DNA from: Corallococcus sp. AB038B
GTDB taxonomy: Bacteria; Myxococcota; Myxococcia; Myxococcales; Myxococcaceae
Length of the DNA: 64,000 nt
Direction of reading: 5' to 3'
Assembly (NCBI RefSeq): GCF_003668955.1
Contig: NZ_RAWO01000002.1
Location: forward strand, 343,605 to 407,604
Shown here: piece after piece, positions 46,319-57,692 of the stretch
How the letters are laid out: the number at the start of each line of letters is the position of its first letter
How positions within the stretch are numbered: the first letter of the stretch is position 1
Program-made: the position numbers and the translations under genes
Notes under the pieces: generated by a model
What the model saw: the letters and a program-made list of their open reading frames with translations, nothing else
Database searches by the model: none
Told to the model about the DNA's origin: nothing

Positions 46319-47821
46319 ATGGCCCCTGAGAGATCGCTCCTGAGGATGAGCGTCGACGTGCTCGCGTCGTGCGCTCGGCACGTGGTGCAGATCGTGACGG
46401 GGCTGGCGACGGTCGCGCTGGTGGTGCGCCTGCTCGGTCCGGAGAGCCTGGGCGCCTGGGGCGTCCTTGGCACGACGGGCTTCCTCCTCGGGTTGTCGGA
46501 CCTCGGCCTCAGCATCGCGGTCCAACGCACGGCGGCCAGACCGGACGAGGCCGCCACGCGCGAGCTCATCCGGCTCACGCTGCTGGTGGTGACGCTCGCC
46601 TGTCCCTGTCTCTGCGTTTGTGCGTACGTGTTCTTCCTCCACCTCCCGTCCGCGTCCGAAGCGCTGCGAGCGGACGTGGCCCGCGCCGCGCTTCCGGTCC
46701 TCGCTGCAGGACTCGCGGGCTCGCTGGCGTCACCGTTGCGTGCGTTCTTGCTGATGCGGGGCGCCAACACCTCGCTCGCCTGGGCGCGCGCCATCGGAGC
46801 CGCGACCCAGATTGCATTGACGGCGGCGGTGCTCGGCACCACGCGCTCGTTGCTGGCGCCGGCGCTGGGGCTGTTCGCGGGCGCCACGCTGGAGCTCCTG
46901 CTCCTCGCGGCGGTGTCCAGGCGCATCGACCCGCATCTCTCGCTCCGTCCTGGATGGCCGGCGGATCCGGCCCAGGTGCGCAGCGCGTTCCGGCAGGGCG
47001 CCGCTGCCCTGGCCATGAACGTGGGCATCGCGGCGGCGGTCCGAGCGGACGTCCTCATCCTGACCCGCTCCGCGTCCCTGAGCTCGGTGGGCGCGTATCA
47101 GGTGGCCTCCCGCGCCGTGGAGCAGATCCTCTCCTTCGCGAAACAGGCGGGCGGATGGCTCATCCATCGCCTTGGAGATGCCCGGCACCGCTCCAGCGCG
47201 CTGCGCCTCGGCACGGCCCTTCTGGGCGGCCTGGCCTCCAGCGGCGTCATCGCGCTGGCCCTGGATGGCACCGCCCTGCTGGAGGCCTGGGTGGGCGCGC
47301 TCGCGCACGACTCCGTCACCATGCTCGCGGTCGTCCTCCTGGGCACCGCGGCGATCATCGCGGCCGCGGAGGAGAGCGCGTCCTCGGCCCTGGCCGTGAG
47401 CGGTGAGACGCCGTGGCACCTGACCCACCCGGTGCTCATCGGCCACGCGCTCAACGTCGCCGTCTCCATGGCTGGGGTGCGGTACGCAGGTGCGTGGGCC
47501 GTCGCCGGAGGCACCGTCCTCGGAAACCTGGTCATCGCCGTGCTCGTCTGGCGGAAGGTCCGCGCCCTGGTCCAGTGGACCGTCCGGGAGGTGCTCTGGG
47601 CACTGGCCCCGGTCGGAGCCGCGGGCCTCGTGTCATTCGTCGTGGGCTGGGGACTCGCTCCCTTCGCCTCGCGAGGCCCGTTCGGAAGCGCCTGCATCTG
47701 CGCGCTCGTCACGCTGCTGGGGACCGGGATGGCGCTGCTCGTCTGGTGGCGGCGGGATGCACGCCTCGCGGCGGCGGCATCCACACCGGTGGGCAGCGCG
47801 GTGCCGACGTACGCACCCTGA
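46319..47821 (+). CDS. Polysaccharide biosynthesis protein / Wzx-like oligosaccharide flippase (multi-TM)
   Basis: About 12 predicted TM helices. The architecture and N-terminal region (LLGPESLGAWGVLGTTGFLLGL) are typical of the Wzx/PST family. Confidence 0.7.
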   Translation: MAPERSLLRMSVDVLASCARHVVQIVTGLATVALVVRLLGPESLGAWGVLGTTGFLLGLSDLGLSIAVQRTAARPDEAATRELIRLTLLVVTLACPCLCVCAYVFFLHLPSASEALRADVARAALPVLAAGLAGSLASPLRAFLLMRGANTSLAWARAIGAATQIALTAAVLGTTRSLLAPALGLFAGATLELLLLAAVSRRIDPHLSLRPGWPADPAQVRSAFRQGAAALAMNVGIAAAVRADVLILTRSASLSSVGAYQVASRAVEQILSFAKQAGGWLIHRLGDARHRSSALRLGTALLGGLASSGVIALALDGTALLEAWVGALAHDSVTMLAVVLLGTAAIIAAAEESASSALAVSGETPWHLTHPVLIGHALNVAVSMAGVRYAGAWAVAGGTVLGNLVIAVLVWRKVRALVQWTVREVLWALAPVGAAGLVSFVVGWGLAPFASRGPFGSACICALVTLLGTGMALLVWWRRDARLAAAASTPVGSAVPTYAP

Positions 47822-47824
47822 GGC

Positions 47825-48817
47825 CTACCGCAGCTTCTGCCAGAGGATGCGGAGCAGGAAGAGTGGATTGCCCAGCAGGTAGCGGACGGCCATCCGGCGG
47901 GGCTCCTGGAGCAGGCGATACATCCACTCCAGTCCCAGCTCGCGCCAGGCAATGGGCGCGCGTTGGATCCGGCCCGAGTAGAAGTCGAACAGCCCTCCCA
48001 CCGTGAGGATGACGGCCTGCGCGGCTCCGGAGAGGTACTCGCGCGCCCACAGCTCCTGCCGGGGGCTGCCCATGCCCACCAGCACCAGGCAGGGGCCCAG
48101 CCTTGAGATGGACTCCGCCAGTGCGCGGGAGCCAGCGGCGGTGAGGAAGCCGTGCGAGACGATGGGGAGCTCCAGGCCCGGGTGGGCCCTTCGCAGGTTC
48201 TCCGCGCACGCCTCCGCCACGCCGGGGGCAGCCCCCACCAGCACCACGGGCCAGCCTCGCGCGGGCGCGTGCTTGCAGAGCAGCGGCAACAGGTCCGTGC
48301 CATTGAGGTTGTGGCGCATGGCCACGCCGAGCAGCGCCGCGCCCACCCGGATGCCAATGCCATCCGGCAGCACCATGTCCGCTTCTGCCAGCGCCCGCGC
48401 GAGCGCCGTGTCGCGCGCCGCCAGGTTCAAGGCGTGCGGATGCACGATGGACACCAGCTTCGCGCGGCCACCTTGTCCTTGCGTGAAGAGCTGCTCCACC
48501 GCCTGTTCGAGCGTGAGGTTGTCCACGCGGGCGGAGACGATGAACGGGCGCACTTCGGGCTGGGCGCTCTCGGGCGGTGCCAACGCGCGAGCCACCGACG
48601 TGCGCAACATCACGCCGAAGTCCGTCGCGGGGGTGCGGCCCTGGAGATAGCGCGCCTCCTCGGCGGCGAGGTCGCCATAGGGCAGGCCGAGCAGCCACCG
48701 CGCCTCCACTGGCGACAGGTAGCCGCGCGGCAGCACCTCGTTGAAGCGCGCGCCCACCAGCGGAGCGCGCCCGCGCAGGACGTCACGCAGCAAGGCTCGG
48801 GGAAGGGGCGCCTTCAT
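47825..48817 (-). CDS. WecB/TagA/CpsF family glycosyltransferase
   Basis: MGSPRQELWA and GGLFDFYSGRIQRAPIAWRELGLEWMYRLLQEPRR are family signatures. The start is adjacent to the upstream GT stop. Confidence 0.85.
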   Translation of the reverse strand: MKAPLPRALLRDVLRGRAPLVGARFNEVLPRGYLSPVEARWLLGLPYGDLAAEEARYLQGRTPATDFGVMLRTSVARALAPPESAQPEVRPFIVSARVDNLTLEQAVEQLFTQGQGGRAKLVSIVHPHALNLAARDTALARALAEADMVLPDGIGIRVGAALLGVAMRHNLNGTDLLPLLCKHAPARGWPVVLVGAAPGVAEACAENLRRAHPGLELPIVSHGFLTAAGSRALAESISRLGPCLVLVGMGSPRQELWAREYLSGAAQAVILTVGGLFDFYSGRIQRAPIAWRELGLEWMYRLLQEPRRMAVRYLLGNPLFLLRILWQKLR

Positions 48818-49956
48818 CGAACGCCTCCCACGGAGCGGCACAGGGCCAGCAGATCATCGCCCGTGCGATCCCAGCTGCGCTGGCGGGCGTGCCCGGGCCC
48901 TTCGCGACGCACCCGCGCGGCCAGTGGCTCGTCCCGCACCACCCGCGTCAGCGCCGCCGCCATGTCCTGCTCATCGAGCGGATCGCACAACACCCCCAGA
49001 TCGCCCACCACCTCTGGAAGCGCTCCCGCCCGGGCCGCCAGCACGGGCTTTCCCGCCGCGATGGCCTCCAGCGCTGGCAGGCCGAAGCCCTCGCACAGCC
49101 CCACCGCGATGAGGGCCTCCGCGCCCGCGACCAGGCCCGGGATGAGGCCATCCTCCAGGTAGCCCAGGATCCTCACGCGCTCCTGGAGCCCCAGCCGCTG
49201 GAGCTCCTCCCGGATGAGCTGCTCGGCGCCCCAATCCGCGCCGGCCAGCACCAGCTGATGGTCCTCCCGCACCGGGGACGCGGCGAACGCCCGCAGCAGC
49301 CGCAGGTGGTTCTTTCCCGGGTGCTCCAGGCGCGACAGGTACAGCAGGTACGGCGCCTTCAAACCCAGCCGCTCGCGGGCCCACGCGGCGCCAGCGCCGT
49401 CCCCGAGCGCGAAGCGGTCCGCGTCCACGCCGTTGGGGATGACGTGGATCCGCTCGGGCGCGCAGGAGAGGAAGCTCACCATGTCCCCGCGCGTGGCCTG
49501 GCTGACGGCGGCCAGCGCCTCGAAGGACCTCAGCGCCTTGGGCAGAAGCCATCTCACGTAGGTGGTGCGCAGCCGGTCGTACTTGTCCGGCACGTTGAAC
49601 TGGGCCAGGTCGTGCACCACGCCCACCGTGGGCAGGCCGGGCCGCAGCGCGACGCGGCGATTGGCTGCGGGCAGCAGCAGCACGTCCGCTCCGGCCCCGC
49701 GCGCATGCGCTCCGCAGCGGGCGAGGTACCAAGATGCACCCAGCGCGGGCGTGTCGACGACGGCCGGTGCCACGGCCCGCTCCGCGCCCACGAGCTCCGG
49801 GTCATACGCGGCGAAGTCCCGAGCCGTGCCGAGCGCCACCAGCCGGCCCCCGGTTCGCGCGAGCCCCCGTGTCAGCCGGGGCAGCATCGCGCGCACGTAC
49901 GTGCCAATGCCCGAGCGCCCCCAATCCGTTCCCCCCAGCGCGACGGCCAGCCTCAC
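48814..49956 (-). CDS. Glycosyltransferase family 1 (GT4-type)
   Basis: C-terminal GT1 motifs (LLYLSRLEHPGKNHLRLLRAFA, GLCEGFGLPALEAIAAGKPVLA). GTG start at 49956 is coupled to the acetyltransferase stop at 49953. The track N-terminus is Gly/Arg junk. Confidence 0.8.
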   Translation of the reverse strand: MRLAVALGGTDWGRSGIGTYVRAMLPRLTRGLARTGGRLVALGTARDFAAYDPELVGAERAVAPAVVDTPALGASWYLARCGAHARGAGADVLLLPAANRRVALRPGLPTVGVVHDLAQFNVPDKYDRLRTTYVRWLLPKALRSFEALAAVSQATRGDMVSFLSCAPERIHVIPNGVDADRFALGDGAGAAWARERLGLKAPYLLYLSRLEHPGKNHLRLLRAFAASPVREDHQLVLAGADWGAEQLIREELQRLGLQERVRILGYLEDGLIPGLVAGAEALIAVGLCEGFGLPALEAIAAGKPVLAARAGALPEVVGDLGVLCDPLDEQDMAAALTRVVRDEPLAARVRREGPGHARQRSWDRTGDDLLALCRSVGGVR

Positions 49957-50507
49957 GGCGCGGCCTCCCCGGGACGGGACGCTCGCACCACACGCGCGGG
50001 TACGCCCACCGCCACGGACGCAGGGGGAATGGCTCCGCGCACCACGCTGGCCGCGCCCACCAGGCACCCGTCGCCCACGGACGCTCCCGCCAGCACCGTC
50101 GTGCCGTTGGCCAGCACCACGCCCCGGCCAATGCGTGTGCCCGCGCCCCGCTGGACGGTGACGCCGTGGAGCAGGGTGCACTCCGGGCCAATCTCCACCC
50201 CATCGCCAATGACGATGTTGAAGGGGTGCGGCAGCCTCAAGCCGGGGCCGATATCATCCGTCCACACATCGATGTGGAAGCCCACGCGCAACAGCGTGGA
50301 CAGGCCCAGTGAAGTGCCCAGTCCGCGCCGGAGCACCGCCCCCCACCGCAGCAGGCCCACCGCCCATAAGGACGGATCCGCCAGGGCCGCGGCTCTGGGA
50401 AAGCGCGCCCCCCGGTCCCTGACCGCATCCACCACCCGGGCCCTGTCCGAACGCAGGGCGCGCAACGGCTCCATGCAGGCATGGATTGACTTCGCTGACG
50501 CACGCAT
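49953..50507 (-). CDS. Hexapeptide-repeat acetyltransferase (serine O-acetyltransferase/CysE-like left-handed beta-helix)
   Basis: IVIGDGVEIGPECTLLHGVTVQRGAGTRIGRGVVLANGTTVLAGASVGDGCLVGAASVV are hexapeptide repeats. Alternative start at 50474. Confidence 0.75.
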   Translation of the reverse strand: MRASAKSIHACMEPLRALRSDRARVVDAVRDRGARFPRAAALADPSLWAVGLLRWGAVLRRGLGTSLGLSTLLRVGFHIDVWTDDIGPGLRLPHPFNIVIGDGVEIGPECTLLHGVTVQRGAGTRIGRGVVLANGTTVLAGASVGDGCLVGAASVVRGAIPPASVAVGVPARVVRASRPGEAAP

Positions 50508-50521
50508 GGGCGGCTGCCGCT

Positions 50522-50537
50522 TGCAAGGCAGGAACCA
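50522..50537 (-). promoter_or_regulatory. Candidate sigma-54 (-24/-12) promoter for the acetyltransferase-GT1-WecB operon
   Basis: The reverse strand reads TGGTTCCTGCCTTGCA, with GG-N10-GC spacing and a TTGCA -12 element. It sits 15-48 nt upstream of the candidate start codons. Confidence 0.35.
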
Positions 50538-50857
50538 TGGCGTCGCACGCGCTGCCGGTGCGTGTCAGGTCGCCGCGGGCCTGTCTGCGTCCCGAACCGG
50601 GATGTCTCATCTGGGGACGCCGGGATGTCTCAAACGTAGACAACGCCGGGATTTGTCAAACAGGCCAGAGGACAAGTCGTTGGCCGAGCGCATCCGGATC
50701 AACCAGAGGGGATGTCTCGACATGCGGGAATGGTCTGTGCAAACGGATGCGTTTGCTGTCCCGCGTACTCCGATGTGCGAGTGCCCGGCCTCGCGCATCA
50801 CCGGGACCGGAGGCGTGCTCCCGTCAAGCGCATCCCCCTGTCAGGAGACCCGAAACC

Positions 50858-52273
<1,416 letters not shown>

Positions 52274-52299
52274 CACGCTTCCCGGTGCGCGTGGCTCCG

Positions 52300-53232
52300 T
52301 CATCGGGAGAGCCCCAGCAGACGTAACGCCGCTCGCGACAGGAGCCGGCGCCGCGCAAGCAACAGGGGATCTCCCAGCGGGAGCAGGGGACCGGTGCCCT
52401 CCAGCGAGGCCAATCCGTCGGGTGTGGCGATGGCATCGCGCACCTCCAGGCCCTCGCCCACCACGGTCTCCTCCTCCACCACGGCGTTCACCAGACGGGT
52501 GCCGCGCTCGATGATGGCGCGCGCTCCAATGAGGGCTCCCGGGCCGATCCGCGCTCCGGCGCACACGAGCGCCTGGGGACCGATGAGCACGGGAGGGTTC
52601 ACCTCGGCGCCGCGCTGGAGGAGGGCGCCGCGCGCCACCCAGACCCCCGGTGCCCGTTCGGCCGCGTGGATCAGGAGCCGTGAGGTTCCTTCCGCTCGCG
52701 GCAGCCGCCCCAGCAGCGCCTTGCAGGCCAGCCGCAGGGCCGCGCCCGGAGTCTCCAGGCGCGCGCCCCACCCGGGCAGGTCCTCCTCAGTGACGGGACC
52801 GGTGGCCGCGGTGATCAGGTGCACCTCGGCTGGCGCGAAGGGCTCCACGGCGGGTGGTGGTGTCAGTCGGCCCACGCGCACGCCCCGCTCTGGCGCCCGT
52901 CGGTAGAAGGCCGCGAGGTCCGCGTTGCCCAGGACGGTGTCCGGCACCACGAGGAAGGGCGCGTGGGCGGGAAAGCCCGCCGAGTCCGCGATGACGCCCG
53001 GCGGGAACAGCGAGGCCGTGGGGACGAAGATGACGTTGCGGGCCAGCGCCTCCTGCTGCGAGACGAGGCTGCGCAGTTCCTCTCCATGGGCGTCCGCGCC
53101 GATGTCGATGGCCACCTTCTCGAAGCCCGACGCGCGCAGCCACTGCAACTGGCGGGTGACGAGCGGGGGCCCGGCCACGGACAGGAACCCGGCGCCAGGA
53201 GCCGCGGCGCTGCGATGGATGACGGCGAACAT
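52300..53232 (-). CDS. Sugar nucleotidyltransferase with C-terminal left-handed beta-helix (GlmU/RmlA-like)
   Basis: MFAVIHRSAAAPGAGFLSVAGPPLVTRQLQWL has an NTP-transferase-like N-terminus. Hexapeptide repeats at the C-terminus (LIGPQALVCAGARIGPGALIGARAII). The track N-terminus upstream of this Met is Arg/Cys-rich noise. Confidence 0.65.
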   Translation of the reverse strand: MFAVIHRSAAAPGAGFLSVAGPPLVTRQLQWLRASGFEKVAIDIGADAHGEELRSLVSQQEALARNVIFVPTASLFPPGVIADSAGFPAHAPFLVVPDTVLGNADLAAFYRRAPERGVRVGRLTPPPAVEPFAPAEVHLITAATGPVTEEDLPGWGARLETPGAALRLACKALLGRLPRAEGTSRLLIHAAERAPGVWVARGALLQRGAEVNPPVLIGPQALVCAGARIGPGALIGARAIIERGTRLVNAVVEEETVVGEGLEVRDAIATPDGLASLEGTGPLLPLGDPLLLARRRLLSRAALRLLGLSR

Positions 53233-53311
53233 GGTGTCGTCGGTTCCGTTCCTGGGGGGCCCGCCGGACGGAGGGCTGCCCTGTGATGACGCGCGCGAAG
53301 GCGTCTTCCTC

Positions 53312-55171
53312 TCAGCGCGGCTCCTTTCGCGGGAAGGGCCCTTCCATGCCCCTCGACGCTCCGGAGCCGGACCAGAAGCCCATGACGTCGCCCACGCGAT
53401 CCGGATGGGTAGCAAGGTCGGTGCCGAGCCCCACCACCACGAAACCGACGCACGCCTCGCTCCCGAGCAGCCGCCGCAGCGCCCACACCTCGAACACGGA
53501 GTGAGCGCCGGAGCTGGCGACGACAAGCACGCGGGCACCCTTGCGGACCGCGAGTCGCAGCGCTTGCGGACGCCGCGCCTCCTCCCAAGACACGAGCATC
53601 GCGCCTCGTCCCGGGACGTCATCCCGGGCTGGGACGTCCGTTGCCCCAAGCCGGGACAGCAGCTCCCGGGTCCGCTCTTGCTGCGCTTCCCCGAGCGGCA
53701 ACACCCGAGTCACGCCGCTCGCCTCGTCCAGCGCGGCCCGGAGCTCCACGACGAGCTCCTCCAGGCCTTCAGCGGTGGCGGGCCAGGGAGTGGAGGCCAC
53801 CACCGGGCCGCGTCCCCAGAACGAGAACTCGGCCGGCGTCCACAGCTTGAAGCCGCGCAGCGAGGAGGCGGTGAGGGCCACCACGGCCAGCAGCGCGAAG
53901 AAGGGAGGCAGCAGCAGGGCCACCGCGCGGCGGTAGGACTTCGAGGGACGCGTCGGCGGCGTGGCGGAGGTGAGCACGCGCAGCTCCATCGCGGGCTGGC
54001 GCACCTCGCCCTCCACCACCTTCTGACGCTGCTGGAGTTCGGTGAGGCGCGTCTCGGTGATGTGGATCCGCGCGAGCAGCGCGCTGGCTTGGCCCTCCAG
54101 TGCGGACAGCCGTGTGATGCGCTCCTTCGCGGCCTCCTCCGCTTCGGCGTAGGCGCGCCACTTCTTCTGGGCCAGCTCCCGCTGTGAGCCGGCGTCCAGC
54201 AGGCTGTTCTGGAGGAAGGTCCAGGAGGGGTTGGTCCCCACGACGCGGTCGGAGACGGTGCCACCTGCCGGCCGTGACTCCAGGGCCCGCACTGCGGCGG
54301 TGAGCTGCACCACCTCGGGATGTTCCATGGAGAGATTGGCTCCGCGGGCGGCGAGCTCCGCGCGCAGCTCGGCCAGCTTGCGCAGCTCGAAATAGCTCTC
54401 GGTCTCCGACAGCACCATCCGGCTGGGCTGCTCGCGAGCCGCCTGCTTCAGCAACAGCGCCCTGGCGTCCGAGGACTCCGCTTCGATCCGGAAGCGGTTC
54501 TTCTCGGTGCGCAGCCGCGCCGCCTCCTCGATGAAAGACTGCCGGTCGAGCGTGAGCTCCGCGATGCCGTTCTCCTGGCGGAAGCCGTCGTAGCGCGTCC
54601 GGGCCTCCTCCAGTTGCGCCTGGACCTTGAGCACCTCCTCGCCCAGCGCCTTCAGCTGCGCCTCGGCCCGGGTCCGCTCCGAGTCCCGCTGATGGTCCAG
54701 GAACACCTGGGTCATGCCGTCGGAGAGCCGGACGGCCTCCTCGGGGCTCGCTGCGGTCGCGGAGAGGGTGAGGATGTTGGAGCCGCGGGCCACTGCGATG
54801 TCCACCCGCCGGGCCAGCGCCTCCAGCGTCACCGGCAGGCCCGTGCGCATACGCAGCGCCTCCAGGTTGTTGGGGAGCTTGAGCGTGTCCATCAGCGTCT
54901 GGATCTCCCGCTCGGGGTTCGCGGCCGCGCGCGAGCCCGTGGGCTCCCAGACGAGAATGGTGCGAGCGGTGAACTCGCGGGGCATCACGGTCTTGGCCAG
55001 CAGCACGCCCAGGACGATGCCCGCGACGAAGCACCCGGCGATGATCCGCCAGCGGCGCCGCAGCACCCGCGCGATGCGCAGGGGATCGACGGGATACCCA
55101 GAGCGCACCGACTCCTGTCGCACGAGCGCCGTCTGCGTTTCGGGCTCCGGGCCCTCTTCCAGCGAGAACAT
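53312..55171 (-). CDS. Polysaccharide chain-length determinant / polysaccharide co-polymerase (Wzz/GumC-like)
   Basis: TM1 is RRRWRIIAGCFVAGIVLGVLLAKTV. A long coiled-coil periplasmic region follows. A second TM segment is LLLPPFFALLAVVALTA. An alternative start at 55249 would overlap the divergent candidate sigma-54 promoter. Confidence 0.6.
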   Translation of the reverse strand: MFSLEEGPEPETQTALVRQESVRSGYPVDPLRIARVLRRRWRIIAGCFVAGIVLGVLLAKTVMPREFTARTILVWEPTGSRAAANPEREIQTLMDTLKLPNNLEALRMRTGLPVTLEALARRVDIAVARGSNILTLSATAASPEEAVRLSDGMTQVFLDHQRDSERTRAEAQLKALGEEVLKVQAQLEEARTRYDGFRQENGIAELTLDRQSFIEEAARLRTEKNRFRIEAESSDARALLLKQAAREQPSRMVLSETESYFELRKLAELRAELAARGANLSMEHPEVVQLTAAVRALESRPAGGTVSDRVVGTNPSWTFLQNSLLDAGSQRELAQKKWRAYAEAEEAAKERITRLSALEGQASALLARIHITETRLTELQQRQKVVEGEVRQPAMELRVLTSATPPTRPSKSYRRAVALLLPPFFALLAVVALTASSLRGFKLWTPAEFSFWGRGPVVASTPWPATAEGLEELVVELRAALDEASGVTRVLPLGEAQQERTRELLSRLGATDVPARDDVPGRGAMLVSWEEARRPQALRLAVRKGARVLVVASSGAHSVFEVWALRRLLGSEACVGFVVVGLGTDLATHPDRVGDVMGFWSGSGASRGMEGPFPRKEPR

Positions 55172-55218
55172 CCGGTGCGGACCGGCTGCACGGTGGATGC
55201 CAGCCTGGATGGGCGCGG

Positions 55219-55235
55219 ATGGCGGAGCTCTTGCA
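55219..55235 (+). promoter_or_regulatory. Candidate sigma-54 promoter upstream of the alkaline-phosphatase-family/GT operon
   Basis: TGGCGGAGCTCTTGCA matches TGGC-N8-TTGCA (GG-N10-GC). It sits about 60 nt upstream of the ATG at 55297. An NtrC-family activator is encoded 3 kb away. Confidence 0.45.
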
Positions 55236-55296
55236 ATGTCAGACACCATCGCGGACGGCGGGAGCGCTCGGAGCCGTCTCACATTGAGACAGAACC

Positions 55297-56520
55297 ATGT
55301 CCCAGGAAGAGATGACACCAAGAGGAGACAGCGCCGGAGCACGGCCCGTCCAGCCGCGTCGTGTGCTCGTGGTCTTCGTCGATGCGCTGGGCCCGTCCCA
55401 GCTGGAGACCTTCGAAGGGCTGAGTGGGTTGCCGCACCGGGGCCGCCTGCGCGGCATCCTCGGCTATTCATGTGGCGCCCTGCCGACGATCCTCACCGGC
55501 GCGCCGCCGGAGCGACATGGGCGGATGTGCCTCTTCGCGCACGCGGAGCGTGAGGACGAAGGCGTGCTGTCACCGCTGAGGTGGCTGGGGCTGTTGCCGC
55601 GCCAGGTGCATGAGCGGGGAATGCTGAGGCGCGCCGCGGCGCGGGTGCTGAAGAGGACGGAGGGGCTGACCGGGTACGTGGACCTGTACCGCGTCCCTCC
55701 GGAGCTGTTCCGCTGGCTCGACCTGCCGGAGCGTGAGGACCTGTTCAACGCCGAGCGCATCGGCGGGGTGGAGACGTTCCTCACGAAGGCACGGCGCGCG
55801 GGCCTGCGCGTGTTCGCCGCGCCCTGGCAGTTGCCTGAGGAGGAGCGCTGGGCGCACACCTGCGCGGTGCTGCGGGCGAGCAAACCGGACCTGGCCTTCG
55901 CGTACGCCACCGCCCTGGACGGCGCCCTGCACCGTACAGGCAACGGCAGCCGGGACGCGTTGGCGACGGCCCGGCGGCTCACCGAGCGGATCGAGCAGAC
56001 GGTGGACGCGATGCGCGCGGGCGGAGGTGACGTGACGACGGTGATGGTGGGGGACCACGGGATGGCGGACATCCACGAGGTGGTGGATCCACGGCGGATG
56101 CTCGGGGAGCTGCGAGGCACGCGGCTGTTCGTGGACAGCACGATGCTGCGGGTCTGGGGTGATGAGCGGACGCGCGAGAAGGCCCGCGAGCGGATGGTGG
56201 CGCACGGGCTCCCGGGACGATGGCTGGACGCGGATGCGCTGGTGGAGCGCCAGGCGCCGGTGCGGGGTGCGCCTTACGGACAAGCCCTCTTCGTGCTGCG
56301 GGAAGGAGCCCTGTTCGCCCCCAGCTTCGTGGGGGGCAACGTGCGAGGCATGCACGGCTACGACGTGGACAGCCCCTCGGCGTATTCCGCCATCGCCTCG
56401 GATGCGCCGCTGCCCCGGGACCGAGGCGCGTTGATGGACGTGGCCGGATGGGTGTGCGCGATGCTGGGTCTGGAAGGGGAGACGAACCCGGACGGGAGAC
56501 CGCCATGGGCCGCGGCTTGA
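55297..56520 (+). CDS. Alkaline phosphatase superfamily protein (nucleotide pyrophosphatase/phosphodiesterase-like)
   Basis: The N-terminal metal-site region RVLVVFVDALGPSQL and the overall fold signature fit the AlkP/NPP/sulfatase superfamily. Confidence 0.6.
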   Translation: MSQEEMTPRGDSAGARPVQPRRVLVVFVDALGPSQLETFEGLSGLPHRGRLRGILGYSCGALPTILTGAPPERHGRMCLFAHAEREDEGVLSPLRWLGLLPRQVHERGMLRRAAARVLKRTEGLTGYVDLYRVPPELFRWLDLPEREDLFNAERIGGVETFLTKARRAGLRVFAAPWQLPEEERWAHTCAVLRASKPDLAFAYATALDGALHRTGNGSRDALATARRLTERIEQTVDAMRAGGGDVTTVMVGDHGMADIHEVVDPRRMLGELRGTRLFVDSTMLRVWGDERTREKARERMVAHGLPGRWLDADALVERQAPVRGAPYGQALFVLREGALFAPSFVGGNVRGMHGYDVDSPSAYSAIASDAPLPRDRGALMDVAGWVCAMLGLEGETNPDGRPPWAAA

Positions 56521-57692
56521 GGGTCGCATGGCTCAACGACGCCGCCACCCCCGTGGGCGGCGCCGAGCGCTACGTGCGAGAGACCGCGCGGGAGTTGGGC
56601 AGGCGGGGAGTGACGTCGCTGCTCTTCTACGACGTGAACGTCTCGTCGGATCCGCACCCGGTGATGCGGGAGCCGTTCGAGGGCATCTTCCCCATCGTCG
56701 ACCTGGCGCGGCAGCTGAGGGAGCTGGCGCCGGACGTCGTCTACGTGCACCAGCTCGCGAGCCTGAAGGCGCAGCGCGCGCTGGTGGATTCGCCAGCGCC
56801 GGTGGTCCGCTTCTTCCACGACCACCGGCTGTTCTGCCTGCGCGAGCACAAGTACACGACGCTGGGAAAGGAGCCCTGCACGAAGCCGGTGGGCGCGGCC
56901 TGCTACCCATGTCTCGGCTTCGTGGGCCGTTCGGAGGACTGGCCCGGGCTGAAGTGGGCCTCGCTGGGGAGGCTGCGGGAGGAGCAGGCTCTGGCCCGGA
57001 GTCATCACGCCTTCGTGGTGGGCTCGCGGTACATGGCGGACCACGTGGCGGCGCATGGCTTCGCACGCGAGCGGACGCACGTCATCCCGCTGTACGCGCA
57101 AGCCCCGCACCAGTCGCGGGTGCAGGTGGATCGAGAGGAGGACCTGCTCCTGTTCGTAGGGCAGCTGACGACGGGCAAGGGCCTGGACGTGCTGTTCCAC
57201 GCGCTGACACGCACCACGCAGCCGTGCCGCCTGGCGGTGGTGGGAAGGGGCCGGCAGGAGGAGGAGCTGCGTGCGAAGGTGGACGAGCTGGGGTTGTCGA
57301 AGCGAGTGGCCTTCCTGGGCCCGATGGCGCCCGACGCGCTCTCCGCGCAGTACCGGCGTGCCGCATGCGTCGTCTTCCCCAGCCGAGCGCCGGAGACGTC
57401 CGGCCTGGTGGGCATCGAAGCACTGGCGCACGGGACGCCAGTCATCGCCAGCCGAGTGGGCGGAGTGGGGGAGTGGCTGACGGAAGGCGAGACGGGGCTG
57501 GGTGTGCCGCCAAATGATCCGGAGGCACTCGCGAAGGCGATCGACAGGCTGATGGCGGCGCCGGGCCTGAGGAGGACGATGGAGGCGCACGCGCGAAGGA
57601 CCTACGAGGAGCGCTTCGTCCCCGAGCGGCACGTGACGCGACTGCTGGCGCTGCTGGAGTCGGTGGCGGGAGCGGGAGGGAGGGCGGCGTGA
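56505..57692 (+). CDS. Glycosyltransferase family 1 (GT4-type)
   Basis: LLFVGQLTTGKGLDVLFHAL ... CVVFPSRAPETSGLVGIEALAHGTPVIASRVGG are GT1 motifs. 16-bp overlap with the upstream gene. Confidence 0.85.
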   Translation: MGRGLRVAWLNDAATPVGGAERYVRETARELGRRGVTSLLFYDVNVSSDPHPVMREPFEGIFPIVDLARQLRELAPDVVYVHQLASLKAQRALVDSPAPVVRFFHDHRLFCLREHKYTTLGKEPCTKPVGAACYPCLGFVGRSEDWPGLKWASLGRLREEQALARSHHAFVVGSRYMADHVAAHGFARERTHVIPLYAQAPHQSRVQVDREEDLLLFVGQLTTGKGLDVLFHALTRTTQPCRLAVVGRGRQEEELRAKVDELGLSKRVAFLGPMAPDALSAQYRRAACVVFPSRAPETSGLVGIEALAHGTPVIASRVGGVGEWLTEGETGLGVPPNDPEALAKAIDRLMAAPGLRRTMEAHARRTYEERFVPERHVTRLLALLESVAGAGGRAA